From sequence record SRR31156797_6782: a DNA stretch of 33,778 nt. The stretch is one strand, 5' to 3'. The position numbers and the translations under genes were made by a program. The notes beneath the pieces were generated by a model that searched no databases, was not told the DNA's origin, and saw nothing but the letters and a program-made list of their open reading frames with translations. Positions 17,012 through 26,536 of this stretch are shown here, piece by piece (within the stretch, counting starts at the first letter, position 1; each line of letters starts with the position of its first letter).

Positions 17012-19246
17012 CTATTCTGTAATATTTCCTTCCATCCAGTTTTTCAACCTACTATTAAATTCTTTTTTATAATTTGCGACAAACCCATAAGATTCATCAT
17101 CAATTCTAATTTCTCCTTTGGTTACATGACCCAAAGCCGAAAAAGTTGTTTCTGTTTCCAGCATAAAATCAACAAAATCATCTTGTTTGGCAGAAGAAAC
17201 CGAAACTACCACACGACTCTGAGATTCACCAAATAAAAAGGCATCCTTTCTTACTTCTGCATCTGTTGTTATATCAAAACCTAAGCCTAAAGGAATAGCT
17301 GATTCCAGCATATTAAAAAATAATCCTCCTGAAGAGACATCATGCACCGATCTAACCAAATCTTTACGAATGAGCTGCTTCACAACTTCCTGTACTTCTA
17401 ATTCTTCCTCCATATTAAAATAGGGAGCCGCATGACTTTTTTGATGATGATAAAACTGAAGGTATTCCGATGCATTAATATCGTTGCGGGATACCCCAAT
17501 TAAAAATATCATATCTCCTTTGGACTTATAATTTAACACCGTATGATGATTAATTGATTCCACCACACCTACCATTCCAACTACCGGACATGGCGTAATT
17601 GGCGTTAATCGTCCCTCAACAGACCTTTGATTATAAAAACTTACGTTTCCACTAATAACCGGCGTATCGAATTTAACACAAGCATCCGACAAACCTTCAA
17701 CTGCCTGTGTAAACTGCCAAAACACTTCCGGGTCATATGGGTTTCCAAAATTTAAACAATCGGTAACCGCAACAGGAATTCCTCCTCCACAAATAATGTT
17801 TCGGGCGGCTTCTGCTACACAAATCTGAGTTCCTATATATGGATCTGCTTCAACATAGCTTGCATTTCCATCTACTGTTAAGGCAATTGTCTTTTTTGTA
17901 TCAGGAATAACTACTAGCGACGCATCCGAAGGGTATTCGTAATCCGGTTCATCCGGATCATTGTTATTTGAGGAGCTAACCAGATAATCCTTTGAAACTA
18001 AATTCAAATTCATCATCAACTTTTTTATCACTTCAGGATAGTGATCCGGTTCCTGAATATCGTCTATATCTAAAGCCTTTATTTGATTTTCTTTTGGCTC
18101 CTGAACCTCTCTTTCATAAATTGGAGAATTCCCGCCTAACCCCACATATGAAACCGGTATTTCTGCCACAAGCTCTTTACCGGATTCACATATCAAAGTT
18201 TCACCTTCAATAACTTCCCCTATTTGAGCAAATGATAGTTGAATTGGTTGTAATAGTTCCATCGTTTGTTTTAGATCTTCCGGATTTACACAAACTAAAA
18301 TTCGCCCCCACGTTTCAGATAATAAAATATCGCGAGAATCCATTCCCTCTTCTCGTGTTGGCACTTTATCACAGTGTATGTTTATGCCAACACTTCCTCG
18401 GGCTGCCATTTCAGTTGCTGCGCCTACAATACCACCAGCTCCAATGGTCTGAATTCCAACAAGTATATTCTCTTTATTTAAAACCTTTACAGCATTTAAC
18501 AGACTCTTCTCTACTGTAGAATCCATCATCTGTTCAAAACTAAATGTATCTGCTCCATTATCTGTAATGACATCGGCGGAAAATGCATCCTGATCTACTC
18601 CTTCTTTACCGGTTAAAGCTCCTAATAATAAAATTACCTGTCCTTTTCTTTTAGCTACGCCTGAAATAAGCTCTTCTTTTTTAGCTATTCCAACAGACAT
18701 ATTATTTACAATAGGATTTGAATTAAACCCTGCATTAAAGTTTACTTCACCTCCAACAACAGGAACATTAATACTTTCCTCAAAATCATTAATTCCTTTT
18801 ATCACTTCATTAAACAGCCATCTGGCTGTATCTCTGTCTCCCTCTCCAAACCGTAATGAATCTAAAAAAGCAACTGGCTTAGCTCCCATGGAAAACACAT
18901 CCCGGTTAACCACCCTTAGTCCCGTAAGTGCTCCTAATCGAGGCTGAATTGAGCAAGGGTGATTATGTGATTCTATCTTAAAAACACAAACATATCCATC
19001 GCCAATATCTACTGCACCGGCAGATTCGTCTCCTGCCTTAACAATCACTTTGTCTCCAGACTTGGGTAATTTACCTAACCATTTCAACGAATTCTTATAA
19101 GATGCATGTTCCGTCCATAAACGAGAAAATATATCTAACTCCAAACTGTTAGGTTCTCTTTTTAAAATTTCAGAAATAAGTTGTAATTCTGATTGCGTTA
19201 GATTTAGGTTTTCAGTTTCTCGAATAGTAGCTCCGTTCTTATCCAT
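17012..19246 (-). CDS. PurL-like protein (small-type FGAM synthase subunit), catalytically divergent
   Basis: Full PurL architecture (EH.SYKNS, KIESHNHP, MGA.P, VGGEV, DCLNFGNP, SGNVSFYNQ, HDVSSGGL, LFGESQSR), but several active-site motifs are altered (see findings). The gene symbol is withheld for that reason. Confidence 0.88.
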   Translation of the reverse strand: MDKNGATIRETENLNLTQSELQLISEILKREPNSLELDIFSRLWTEHASYKNSLKWLGKLPKSGDKVIVKAGDESAGAVDIGDGYVCVFKIESHNHPCSIQPRLGALTGLRVVNRDVFSMGAKPVAFLDSLRFGEGDRDTARWLFNEVIKGINDFEESINVPVVGGEVNFNAGFNSNPIVNNMSVGIAKKEELISGVAKRKGQVILLLGALTGKEGVDQDAFSADVITDNGADTFSFEQMMDSTVEKSLLNAVKVLNKENILVGIQTIGAGGIVGAATEMAARGSVGINIHCDKVPTREEGMDSRDILLSETWGRILVCVNPEDLKQTMELLQPIQLSFAQIGEVIEGETLICESGKELVAEIPVSYVGLGGNSPIYEREVQEPKENQIKALDIDDIQEPDHYPEVIKKLMMNLNLVSKDYLVSSSNNNDPDEPDYEYPSDASLVVIPDTKKTIALTVDGNASYVEADPYIGTQICVAEAARNIICGGGIPVAVTDCLNFGNPYDPEVFWQFTQAVEGLSDACVKFDTPVISGNVSFYNQRSVEGRLTPITPCPVVGMVGVVESINHHTVLNYKSKGDMIFLIGVSRNDINASEYLQFYHHQKSHAAPYFNMEEELEVQEVVKQLIRKDLVRSVHDVSSGGLFFNMLESAIPLGLGFDITTDAEVRKDAFLFGESQSRVVVSVSSAKQDDFVDFMLETETTFSALGHVTKGEIRIDDESYGFVANYKKEFNSRLKNWMEGNITE

Positions 19247-19430
19247 AGATTCCAGTTTTACTTTAATAAACTACCCTTGCATATTTAATTATAATACTAA
19301 TCTTTGTCCTTATAATAAATATGTTGCTTATTATTATATACGTTTTCAATGTATAAAAAAAAAGCCTAAGAACAAAGGCAATAAAAACCAGATTGTACAG
19401 AAGAAAACATGAATAAATAAAATAATTAAA

Positions 19431-20189
19431 ATGAAAAAAATAGCACTTATTACAGGAGCTACTTCTGGCATAGGAGAGGCCACTGCCCAATTACTCGCTA
19501 AAATAGGATATCATCTTATTATAACTGGAAGAAGAAAAGACAGATTGGAAAAATTAAAGTCAACATTAGAAAATGAACATTCTATTGATACCTTAATTCT
19601 CAATTTTGATATTAGAAATCAAGAAGAAACTTTATCTGCTTTAAATAGTATTCCGGAACAATGGAGAAATATTGATGTGTTAATTAATAATGCCGGCCTT
19701 GCATATGGAACTGAAACAGTTGACAATGCCGATTGGGAAAAATGGCAGCAAATGATTGATACGAATGTGAGTGGTTTATTATTCCTTTCGAAAGAAGTTA
19801 TAAAGTTGATGGTCGACAGAAAAAAAGGACATATTATTAATATATCATCTATTGCTGGTGTCAATGTATATGAGGGTGGCAGTGTTTATTGTGCTACCAA
19901 GCATGCTGTAAATGCCATTACTCAGGGTATGCGGATAGATTTACTTAAACATGGAATAAAAGTAACATCAATTTCTCCAGGAATGGTAGAAACAGAATTC
20001 TCTATTGTGAGATTTAGTGGTGATAAAGAAAAAGCAGATAAGGTATACAAAGGAGTTGTTCCTCTGTCTGCCAAAGATATTGCAGAAACAATTGAGTTTG
20101 TTATTTCACGTCCGGCTCATGTAAACATTAACGATATTCTAATAATGCCAACCCAACAGGCTAATGCGTATTATACGCACAAACATTAA
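19431..20189 (+). CDS. Short-chain dehydrogenase/reductase (YdfG-like, NADP-dependent)
   Basis: TGATSGIG, GRR, NNAG, YCATK and PGMVETEFS motifs. Confidence 0.93.
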   Translation: MKKIALITGATSGIGEATAQLLAKIGYHLIITGRRKDRLEKLKSTLENEHSIDTLILNFDIRNQEETLSALNSIPEQWRNIDVLINNAGLAYGTETVDNADWEKWQQMIDTNVSGLLFLSKEVIKLMVDRKKGHIINISSIAGVNVYEGGSVYCATKHAVNAITQGMRIDLLKHGIKVTSISPGMVETEFSIVRFSGDKEKADKVYKGVVPLSAKDIAETIEFVISRPAHVNINDILIMPTQQANAYYTHKH

Positions 20190-20241
20190 AAAAGAAGGGT
20201 TGAAAACATCTAATAAATTTGTTTTCAACCCTTCTTTTTTT
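20188..20241. terminator. Bidirectional intrinsic terminator
   Basis: Perfect stem aaagaagggttgaaaaca / tgttttcaacccttcttt between convergent genes. Confidence 0.88.
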
Positions 20242-20255
20242 ATCCTTTAATAACT

Positions 20256-21401
20256 TTATGAACTTGTAATTTTTCCTGAAAGAATATTCCAAACAGCTAA
20301 AAAGAAAAACTTAACATCTGTCCAATAACGATGCTTTTTCTTAGCTTCTAAATAAATTCTTTCTGCTTCAATATTTCCATCTGAATCGGGCATTAACAAT
20401 GCAACATATGGTGGAATACATCCAGGTCTGTACTTAATTCTTTCTTTTTGGATATCCTTAGGTAACTCGTTAAAACGTGTTTTACTTAATGGTCTTACAC
20501 CTACAATAGCCAAATCACCCTTTAAAACATTGATCAACTGAGGTAATTCATCCAGCCAGTACTTTCTAAATATTTTTCCCCAACCTGCAAGCCTGAAGTC
20601 ATTTGCAGGTTTACCTACTTCGTTATAACCATTTAGTTTGATAACAAAACTTTGAAGGTATTCAGAATATGGGTGCATAGTTCTTAGTTTATACACCTTA
20701 ATTAGTTTTCCATTTTTCCCTACCCTTTTCATTGGAAAAAGCGGTCCGAATGAAGGGGTTTTATTATCATCAGGTTGTGAAGTTTTCATAACCGTAAAGT
20801 ACATCTTGCCTTCAATAAACTTGAATTCAATAATATCAAATCCACAACTAACTAACCTACCTAATACCTCAGCCTTTGTTAACCATCTATATTTTCCTCT
20901 GGTTATACCAAAATATAGCTTTTGAAAATATTTGGTTTTTGGAAATACCCTGTGAAAAATAAAGCAACAAAGCCAAAATAAAAGGCTAAAAACATTTTTA
21001 CCATTTTTAAAAACCTGTTCCTTACGATAAGCGACTGTTTCCATACAACCTATAAACATACCGGCGTCAGGAAGGCATTGATTTACCTTAATAAGAAACT
21101 GATTGATATATCTTGCATCATTAATTCTTCTTAGGTTGACAAAACTGGTAGTGTTTTTAAATGCTGCAGGATTTAAATCGCCCATTTGATTCGTATCCAT
21201 CACACAAACACTTTGTCTTTCCGGAATTACATGCTGGGTTAGGTAATCATATACATCAATATTCAGATCTCTTAATAATTCTTCTTTCTGAGGATTATTA
21301 AAAGATTTATTATTGCGTGCAGGCCTCTCTATCAATGTCTCGGTTAATAAAGTTTCCTGGATATTAATTACTGTGCTTGTACCTATAGATTCCATACGCA
21401 T
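20256..21401 (-). CDS. Bacterial sugar transferase (phosphoglycosyltransferase) with a methyltransferase-fold-like N-terminal domain
   Basis: C-terminal RVGKNGK..KLRTM, DFR, LDELPQ and GDLAIVGVRP motifs; ~200-aa N-terminal extension. Confidence 0.88.
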   Translation of the reverse strand: MRMESIGTSTVINIQETLLTETLIERPARNNKSFNNPQKEELLRDLNIDVYDYLTQHVIPERQSVCVMDTNQMGDLNPAAFKNTTSFVNLRRINDARYINQFLIKVNQCLPDAGMFIGCMETVAYRKEQVFKNGKNVFSLLFWLCCFIFHRVFPKTKYFQKLYFGITRGKYRWLTKAEVLGRLVSCGFDIIEFKFIEGKMYFTVMKTSQPDDNKTPSFGPLFPMKRVGKNGKLIKVYKLRTMHPYSEYLQSFVIKLNGYNEVGKPANDFRLAGWGKIFRKYWLDELPQLINVLKGDLAIVGVRPLSKTRFNELPKDIQKERIKYRPGCIPPYVALLMPDSDGNIEAERIYLEAKKKHRYWTDVKFFFLAVWNILSGKITSS

Positions 21402-21583
21402 AGTTTTTTATTATCCTATGATTCAAATTTACGTAGGGTAAGGGAAAGATGAAACAATATTTACACCAACACCATAAAAATAATGACAACCGTCACTAAT
21501 ATCAAGTAATAAAACGGATGTAGATGTCTTAAATTAAAAAAACGAGCAAAACAGTAATCCAAACGAATGATTTTCACATCATT

Positions 21584-23053
21584 CTAAAGTGTACCCTTCA
21601 CTTTTTTTCCTGCTGCATTCACTTGCATTTTACTGGTAAATTCAATGAAATGTGGAATTTTATATGAAGCAAGCTTTGTGCTACAGAATTGCTTCACTTT
21701 ATCTGAGTCTAGTTGGTCTACAGAATCATTCTTAACCAAAACTGCTTTTATAGCTTCTCCTAAAACCTCATCTTCAACAGGGCTAATTGTACAATCAACA
21801 ACACCTGGTATAGAAACAATCACTTCTTCAATTTCTTTAGGACTTACTCGCTTACCTCCAACTTTTATAATTTCCTTTTTTCTGGCTGCATGATAAATAA
21901 AACCGTCCTCGTCAACTTTTGCCAAATCACCGGTGTATAACCACCCGTCTTTTATCGTTTCGTTTGTAGCCTGTTCATCTTTATAATAACCAAGCATCAC
22001 ATTATTCCCTTTAGCTCTAATTTCTCCTACCTCTCCCGGTTCTACCTTTGTTCCATCTTCTTTTACAACTTGCAATTCTACTCCCGGAATACCTTTACCT
22101 AGTGAGCCCAGTTTATCATTAAGTCTTTCCGAAGGTAAGTATGATAACCTTGCGGTTGCTTCTGTTTGGCCATACATTACAATAAATTCAGTAGAAGGAA
22201 AGGCTTCTTTAAATTCTTCGATGAAAACAGTATGTAGTTTACCCCCGGCCTGAGTTACATATCTCAAATGTGGTAAATCCATTGTTTTGAAAGAATCGGA
22301 CTTACGTAATAGTATTTGGAAATGACTTGGAACCCCTGCAAAACCAGTACACTTATATTTTTTTAGATCATTGATTACAGATCCCAGGAATATGAAATTG
22401 TTATTTAAAACTATTTTTCCTTTTACTTTTAGATGTGTGTGTAATAAGGAAAGACCATAGCAATAAAAGAATGGTAAAACAACTTCCATTATGTCATCAG
22501 AAGTCAATTTTAAATACTCAATAATTGAAGATGTATTGGCAATTATATTTTTATGAGAAATCATTACCCCTTTTGGAACCGAGGTTGACCCTGATGTATA
22601 TATAATTTCTGCAAGGGTATCCTCATCGAAGTTGTCATCCTCAATATAATTTGCGATCTCATTCTCAGCAAGTGTTTTTCTAAAATCTTCATCATTCCAT
22701 ACTTCCCCTAAGTCAACTTTTATTCTATTTTGAAGAAGTTTCGGCATTAAAGTTAATACAACTTCTGCCTGATCTTTAATATATTGTAAAGATTCTCCTT
22801 CTGTTGCAGGATTTAAAGGAATGACTACATTTCCAGACTTCATGATGGCTAGATAACAGACAATAAAAAAATTATTATTGGGAGACATTAGTATTATTTT
22901 TTTACCAGTTCCCAACTTATTCTTTAAGACTGTCGATAAAATAGCAACTTGCTGTTTAAGATTTTTAAATGACAATTCTTCCTTTTGTCCTAAAACAAAT
23001 AATTCATCATCATTAACATCTGAAGGTAAAAGGTAATCAATACAATTCATCAT
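21584..23053 (-). CDS. AMP-dependent acyl-CoA/acyl-ACP ligase (adenylate-forming enzyme)
   Basis: YTSGSTSVPKG, YGQTE, TGD and GKK motifs. Start placed at ATG 23053 (or 23050) because the ORF-track start at 23092 lies inside a hairpin. Confidence 0.92.
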   Translation of the reverse strand: MMNCIDYLLPSDVNDDELFVLGQKEELSFKNLKQQVAILSTVLKNKLGTGKKIILMSPNNNFFIVCYLAIMKSGNVVIPLNPATEGESLQYIKDQAEVVLTLMPKLLQNRIKVDLGEVWNDEDFRKTLAENEIANYIEDDNFDEDTLAEIIYTSGSTSVPKGVMISHKNIIANTSSIIEYLKLTSDDIMEVVLPFFYCYGLSLLHTHLKVKGKIVLNNNFIFLGSVINDLKKYKCTGFAGVPSHFQILLRKSDSFKTMDLPHLRYVTQAGGKLHTVFIEEFKEAFPSTEFIVMYGQTEATARLSYLPSERLNDKLGSLGKGIPGVELQVVKEDGTKVEPGEVGEIRAKGNNVMLGYYKDEQATNETIKDGWLYTGDLAKVDEDGFIYHAARKKEIIKVGGKRVSPKEIEEVIVSIPGVVDCTISPVEDEVLGEAIKAVLVKNDSVDQLDSDKVKQFCSTKLASYKIPHFIEFTSKMQVNAAGKKVKGTL

Positions 23054-23078
23054 GCGCCGATTTAGAGGTTTGCTATTA

Positions 23079-23118
23079 AAAAAATAAAACACCCTAAAAA
23101 ATGGGTGTTTTATTTTTT
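23079..23118 (-). terminator. Intercistronic terminator-like hairpin between the nadE-like and ligase genes
   Basis: Stem aaaaaataaaacaccc / gggtgttttatttttt. Confidence 0.7.
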
Positions 23119-23137
23119 AGTATACTATTAGGTTATA

Positions 23138-24151
23138 TTATGATACAGTCACCTTATCTTCAATGTAATAATGATGAAGCGGTGGTGTTCTTAAATACTC
23201 AGTAGTTTTCTTTTTTCGTGCAAAGTTTTTGTAGATATTTTCCACTTGTTCAGTAGTCATTTCCATTACAGGAGCTACTTCTTCCGGTGTGTAATCATTT
23301 TCCCAGCCAAACCATAATAAGTCCATTTTTTCAAATGGCATTTGATAAAAGAATTCTTCCTGAGTTTGCTCTGCAGAATAAGTATCTGTAGTTGGTGTAC
23401 GATCAATAATACCTTGTGGTACTCCTAGGTGTTTTGCAATTTGGTAAACCTGTGTTTTATACAAATTACCAATTGGCATTACATCAGCAGCTCCATCTCC
23501 ATACTTTACAAAAAATCCTTGCTGAACTTCGTGTTTATTTGGAGTTCCAATTACAGCATAATTTAATGCTTCTGCATGAAAATATAACATATTCGCTCTA
23601 CTTCGCTGCTTGAAATTTGACGCTGCAACAATTTGCAAATACTCTTTCATTGGTAGACGAGCCATTTTTTCAGAACCATCTTTAAATGTTACTGCAGCAA
23701 AGTGTACTGGTGGCATATTTTTATTGACAAACTCCTCTGGAATTACCACTTTCATTTTATCTACAGTAGGATCAAATTCAGGGATAACGCTTTTTACCGC
23801 ATCATCTCTTCTTTGGTAACATCCAAATCCTTCTAGTGCTCCGCTTATGTTTTCAACAATGCTTTTTACACCAAAAGTATCTGCTAATTCTCGAGCTAAA
23901 TTTTCACTTTCCGGACTAGAATCTGTTTCAGGTAACATTATTCCTAAAAGTTTTTCAGGACCAAAAGCTTTAGCTGCAATAGCTAATGTTGCAGAAGAAT
24001 CAATACCTCCGCTTATTCCAATTACACCTCCAAAGCGTCGGAATCTTTTATAAACATCTTCTTTTAACTGATTACAGATTCCATCGATTACTTCATCAAT
24101 ATTATCAAGATGAAGTATGTCCTTTGAAAAGGGTTTACGGTTTAAACTCAT
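23138..24151 (-). CDS. nadE: NH3-dependent NAD(+) synthetase-like N-type ATP pyrophosphatase
   Basis: GISGGIDS, SNFKQRSR, GFFVKYGDG, LYKTQVY and PTTD motifs. Likely start is ATG 24151 (MSLNRKPF). Gene context suggests a specialised paralogue. Confidence 0.8.
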   Translation of the reverse strand: MSLNRKPFSKDILHLDNIDEVIDGICNQLKEDVYKRFRRFGGVIGISGGIDSSATLAIAAKAFGPEKLLGIMLPETDSSPESENLARELADTFGVKSIVENISGALEGFGCYQRRDDAVKSVIPEFDPTVDKMKVVIPEEFVNKNMPPVHFAAVTFKDGSEKMARLPMKEYLQIVAASNFKQRSRANMLYFHAEALNYAVIGTPNKHEVQQGFFVKYGDGAADVMPIGNLYKTQVYQIAKHLGVPQGIIDRTPTTDTYSAEQTQEEFFYQMPFEKMDLLWFGWENDYTPEEVAPVMEMTTEQVENIYKNFARKKKTTEYLRTPPLHHYYIEDKVTVS

Positions 24152-24213
24152 ATGTCTACTTTTTTTATAGTTTATTGTATATGACACTATAGTCGTATAA
24201 ACTGAAATGCCGA

Positions 24214-26193
24214 TTATTTATTAATATTTTCGCTGTAATAATTATTCATGACTACACCTTTTCGAATCTCATGATCCTTAAGAGGCACATATTTATCAAC
24301 ATATAAGTCATGTAATATTTGAGTTGATAGCATACCCATCAGAGCCATATTATCTACTTCATTACTACTAGGATTTTTCCTAAGTTTAGTCATCAACTTT
24401 TCAACTCCCCCTGCATCAAAAATTCCTGTATCTTTAACTTTAGCAGTTGACAACAGATTATCAACAAATCCACTTTTGTCATTTAATAATGCTTGTGCGA
24501 TAGGTGCTCTATATGCTTGTTTTGGTCTTTTTAGAACAGATTGAGGAATGACATCCTTAACGACCTCTTTTAATAAATATTTCTCATTCAAACCTGATAT
24601 TTTAAGATCATCAGGCAAGGTTGAACAAAACTCCATAATTCTATGATCAAGGAATGGATACCTTCCTTCTACCGAATTACCCATCGCTACTCTATCTCCC
24701 TGTGATGAAAGCAGATAACCCGACATAAATACATTTGACTCGATATATTGAGCTTTAGCTACAGGAGTATAATTTTTTACAGTATCACTAATCTTTGATT
24801 CATATTCTGCAACCCAATCTGTACCATTAATCTGGTTTTTATAATCACCGGATAAAAAGTTTTTAATCCTGCTGGTATTATTCCATCTTAAAAGGTGTGA
24901 ATATGCTGGAGATTCTGATTCAGAAAGTTTATAACCAAAAAATAATTTTAATGCACTTGTTCCGGCATCCTTAATTTGAGGTAAATAAGGATATAATTTC
25001 TTTAATAATAATGGTCTAATTTTAGAGTCAGGATATTTGGCCCAAAAATGACGTATTAAAGCCTCTTTAAAAATATTATATCCACCTAACATTTCATCGG
25101 CCCCTTCACCTGTAATCACCACTTTTATATCATTATCTCTAACTAATTTAGATAGTTTATACATGGGAAATGGCGCTGTACGCAGAACAGGAATCTCTGT
25201 ATGCCAGATAACCTTTTCAAATAAATCTACGACATCTTCATTTTTAAATGAAACGGAATGATGTCTGGTATCAAAATGATCAGCGACTTCCTTTTGAAAT
25301 ATTGACTCATCAAAATCTTTTTCTTCAAAACCAATTGAAAATGTATTCAAAGCCTCTGGAAACATCTGTTTTATAAAGGCCGTTGTACTGGTAGAATCTA
25401 TACCTCCGCTAAGGTATGCTGCAACAGGTACATCTGCTCGCATCCTAAGCGATAAAGAATCTTTAAACAAGTCTTTAAACTGATCTACTGCATCAGTTAA
25501 ACTGATATCCTGTTTTTTATCGAAAGTTAATCTCCAATAAGGTTGAATTTTTAAGCTGCCATTTTTTATAATTGCAAAGTGTCCAGGTGGAACTTCAAAA
25601 ACATCTTTAAAAGCGGTTTTAGGTGTTTGTGTTGTCCAGAAAGTAAACACCTGACTTAATCCATCAGCTGCAATTTCTCTTGAAACCCCAGGAAATTCAA
25701 AAATAGCTTTAATCTCAGAAGAAAAAACAAATGAACCATTGCTCTCTGTATAAAATAATGGACGAATACCCATTCTATCTCGAGCTAAAAAAAGTTCATT
25801 CTCTTTCGTATCCCAAATACTAAAAGCAAACTGACCGTTTAGTTGACTTAAGCAATCCGGACCAAATTCCTGATACATATGTAATACAACTTCGGTATCA
25901 CAATTAGTTCGGAATTGATGTCCTCTTTTCTCCAACTCTACTTTTAATTCCGGATAATTAAATACTTCTCCATTATAAGCAATCCAATAACGACCATCTG
26001 GAGTTTGCATAGGTTGTTGTCCCGAAGCTAAATCCACAATACTTAACCTAACGTTACCAATACATGCTCCGTCCGAAATATAAATACCACATTCATCAGG
26101 CCCCCTATGTTGGATCCTGGTAAGCATAGCATTTAATGTTCGTTCTGAATCAGCTAATATTTTGGAAGAAACAAATCCTGCAATTCCACACAT
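24214..26193 (-). CDS. asnB: Asparagine synthase (glutamine-hydrolysing) family amidotransferase
   Basis: MCGIAG N-terminus; HRGPD, NGEVFN, LSGGIDS, GEGADE and EGRYPFLD motifs. Confidence 0.93.
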   Translation of the reverse strand: MCGIAGFVSSKILADSERTLNAMLTRIQHRGPDECGIYISDGACIGNVRLSIVDLASGQQPMQTPDGRYWIAYNGEVFNYPELKVELEKRGHQFRTNCDTEVVLHMYQEFGPDCLSQLNGQFAFSIWDTKENELFLARDRMGIRPLFYTESNGSFVFSSEIKAIFEFPGVSREIAADGLSQVFTFWTTQTPKTAFKDVFEVPPGHFAIIKNGSLKIQPYWRLTFDKKQDISLTDAVDQFKDLFKDSLSLRMRADVPVAAYLSGGIDSTSTTAFIKQMFPEALNTFSIGFEEKDFDESIFQKEVADHFDTRHHSVSFKNEDVVDLFEKVIWHTEIPVLRTAPFPMYKLSKLVRDNDIKVVITGEGADEMLGGYNIFKEALIRHFWAKYPDSKIRPLLLKKLYPYLPQIKDAGTSALKLFFGYKLSESESPAYSHLLRWNNTSRIKNFLSGDYKNQINGTDWVAEYESKISDTVKNYTPVAKAQYIESNVFMSGYLLSSQGDRVAMGNSVEGRYPFLDHRIMEFCSTLPDDLKISGLNEKYLLKEVVKDVIPQSVLKRPKQAYRAPIAQALLNDKSGFVDNLLSTAKVKDTGIFDAGGVEKLMTKLRKNPSSNEVDNMALMGMLSTQILHDLYVDKYVPLKDHEIRKGVVMNNYYSENINK

Positions 26194-26244
26194 AGTACAA
26201 ACAATTTAGTTATCAGATTAATTCGTATTTCTTTTATAAAATAT

Positions 26245-26278
26245 AGATGCGCTTAGCTGTAAACAGTTAAACGCATCT
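26245..26278 (-). promoter_or_regulatory. Intercistronic stem-loop between ACP and asnB
   Basis: Hairpin agatgcgcttagctgt-aa-acagttaaacgcatct with two imperfect pairs. Confidence 0.6.
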
Positions 26279-26293
26279 CTTATTTTATTAACT

Positions 26294-26536
26294 TTAAGCA
26301 GCTGCTGCTTGTTTCTTAGCAACAAAAGCTGCTATACGTTCAACACTACCAAAATTTTCCTCCTGAAGCTCGCTGTCATCTGTCACTACATTATACTCAC
26401 TTTCCAAAAAGTTGATTAAGCCTAAAAGACCCATCGAATCAAAAATGCCCTCATCAAAAATCAGGGTTTCATCTTGAATAGTTGAAGGCTCAACAAACGC
26501 AGTTTCTGCAATAAAATTTCTAATTTGATCTTTCAT
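26294..26536 (-). CDS. Acyl/aminoacyl carrier protein
   Basis: 80 aa, acidic; GIFDSM phosphopantetheine site; ENFGSVERI, resembling DltC-like carriers. Confidence 0.92.
   Translation of the reverse strand: MKDQIRNFIAETAFVEPSTIQDETLIFDEGIFDSMGLLGLINFLESEYNVVTDDSELQEENFGSVERIAAFVAKKQAAAA

Noticed and set aside
19263-19490. 75-aa minus-strand ORF in the purL-like/SDR intergenic region
   Set aside because: Low-complexity translation of AT-rich promoter DNA that overlaps the SDR start.
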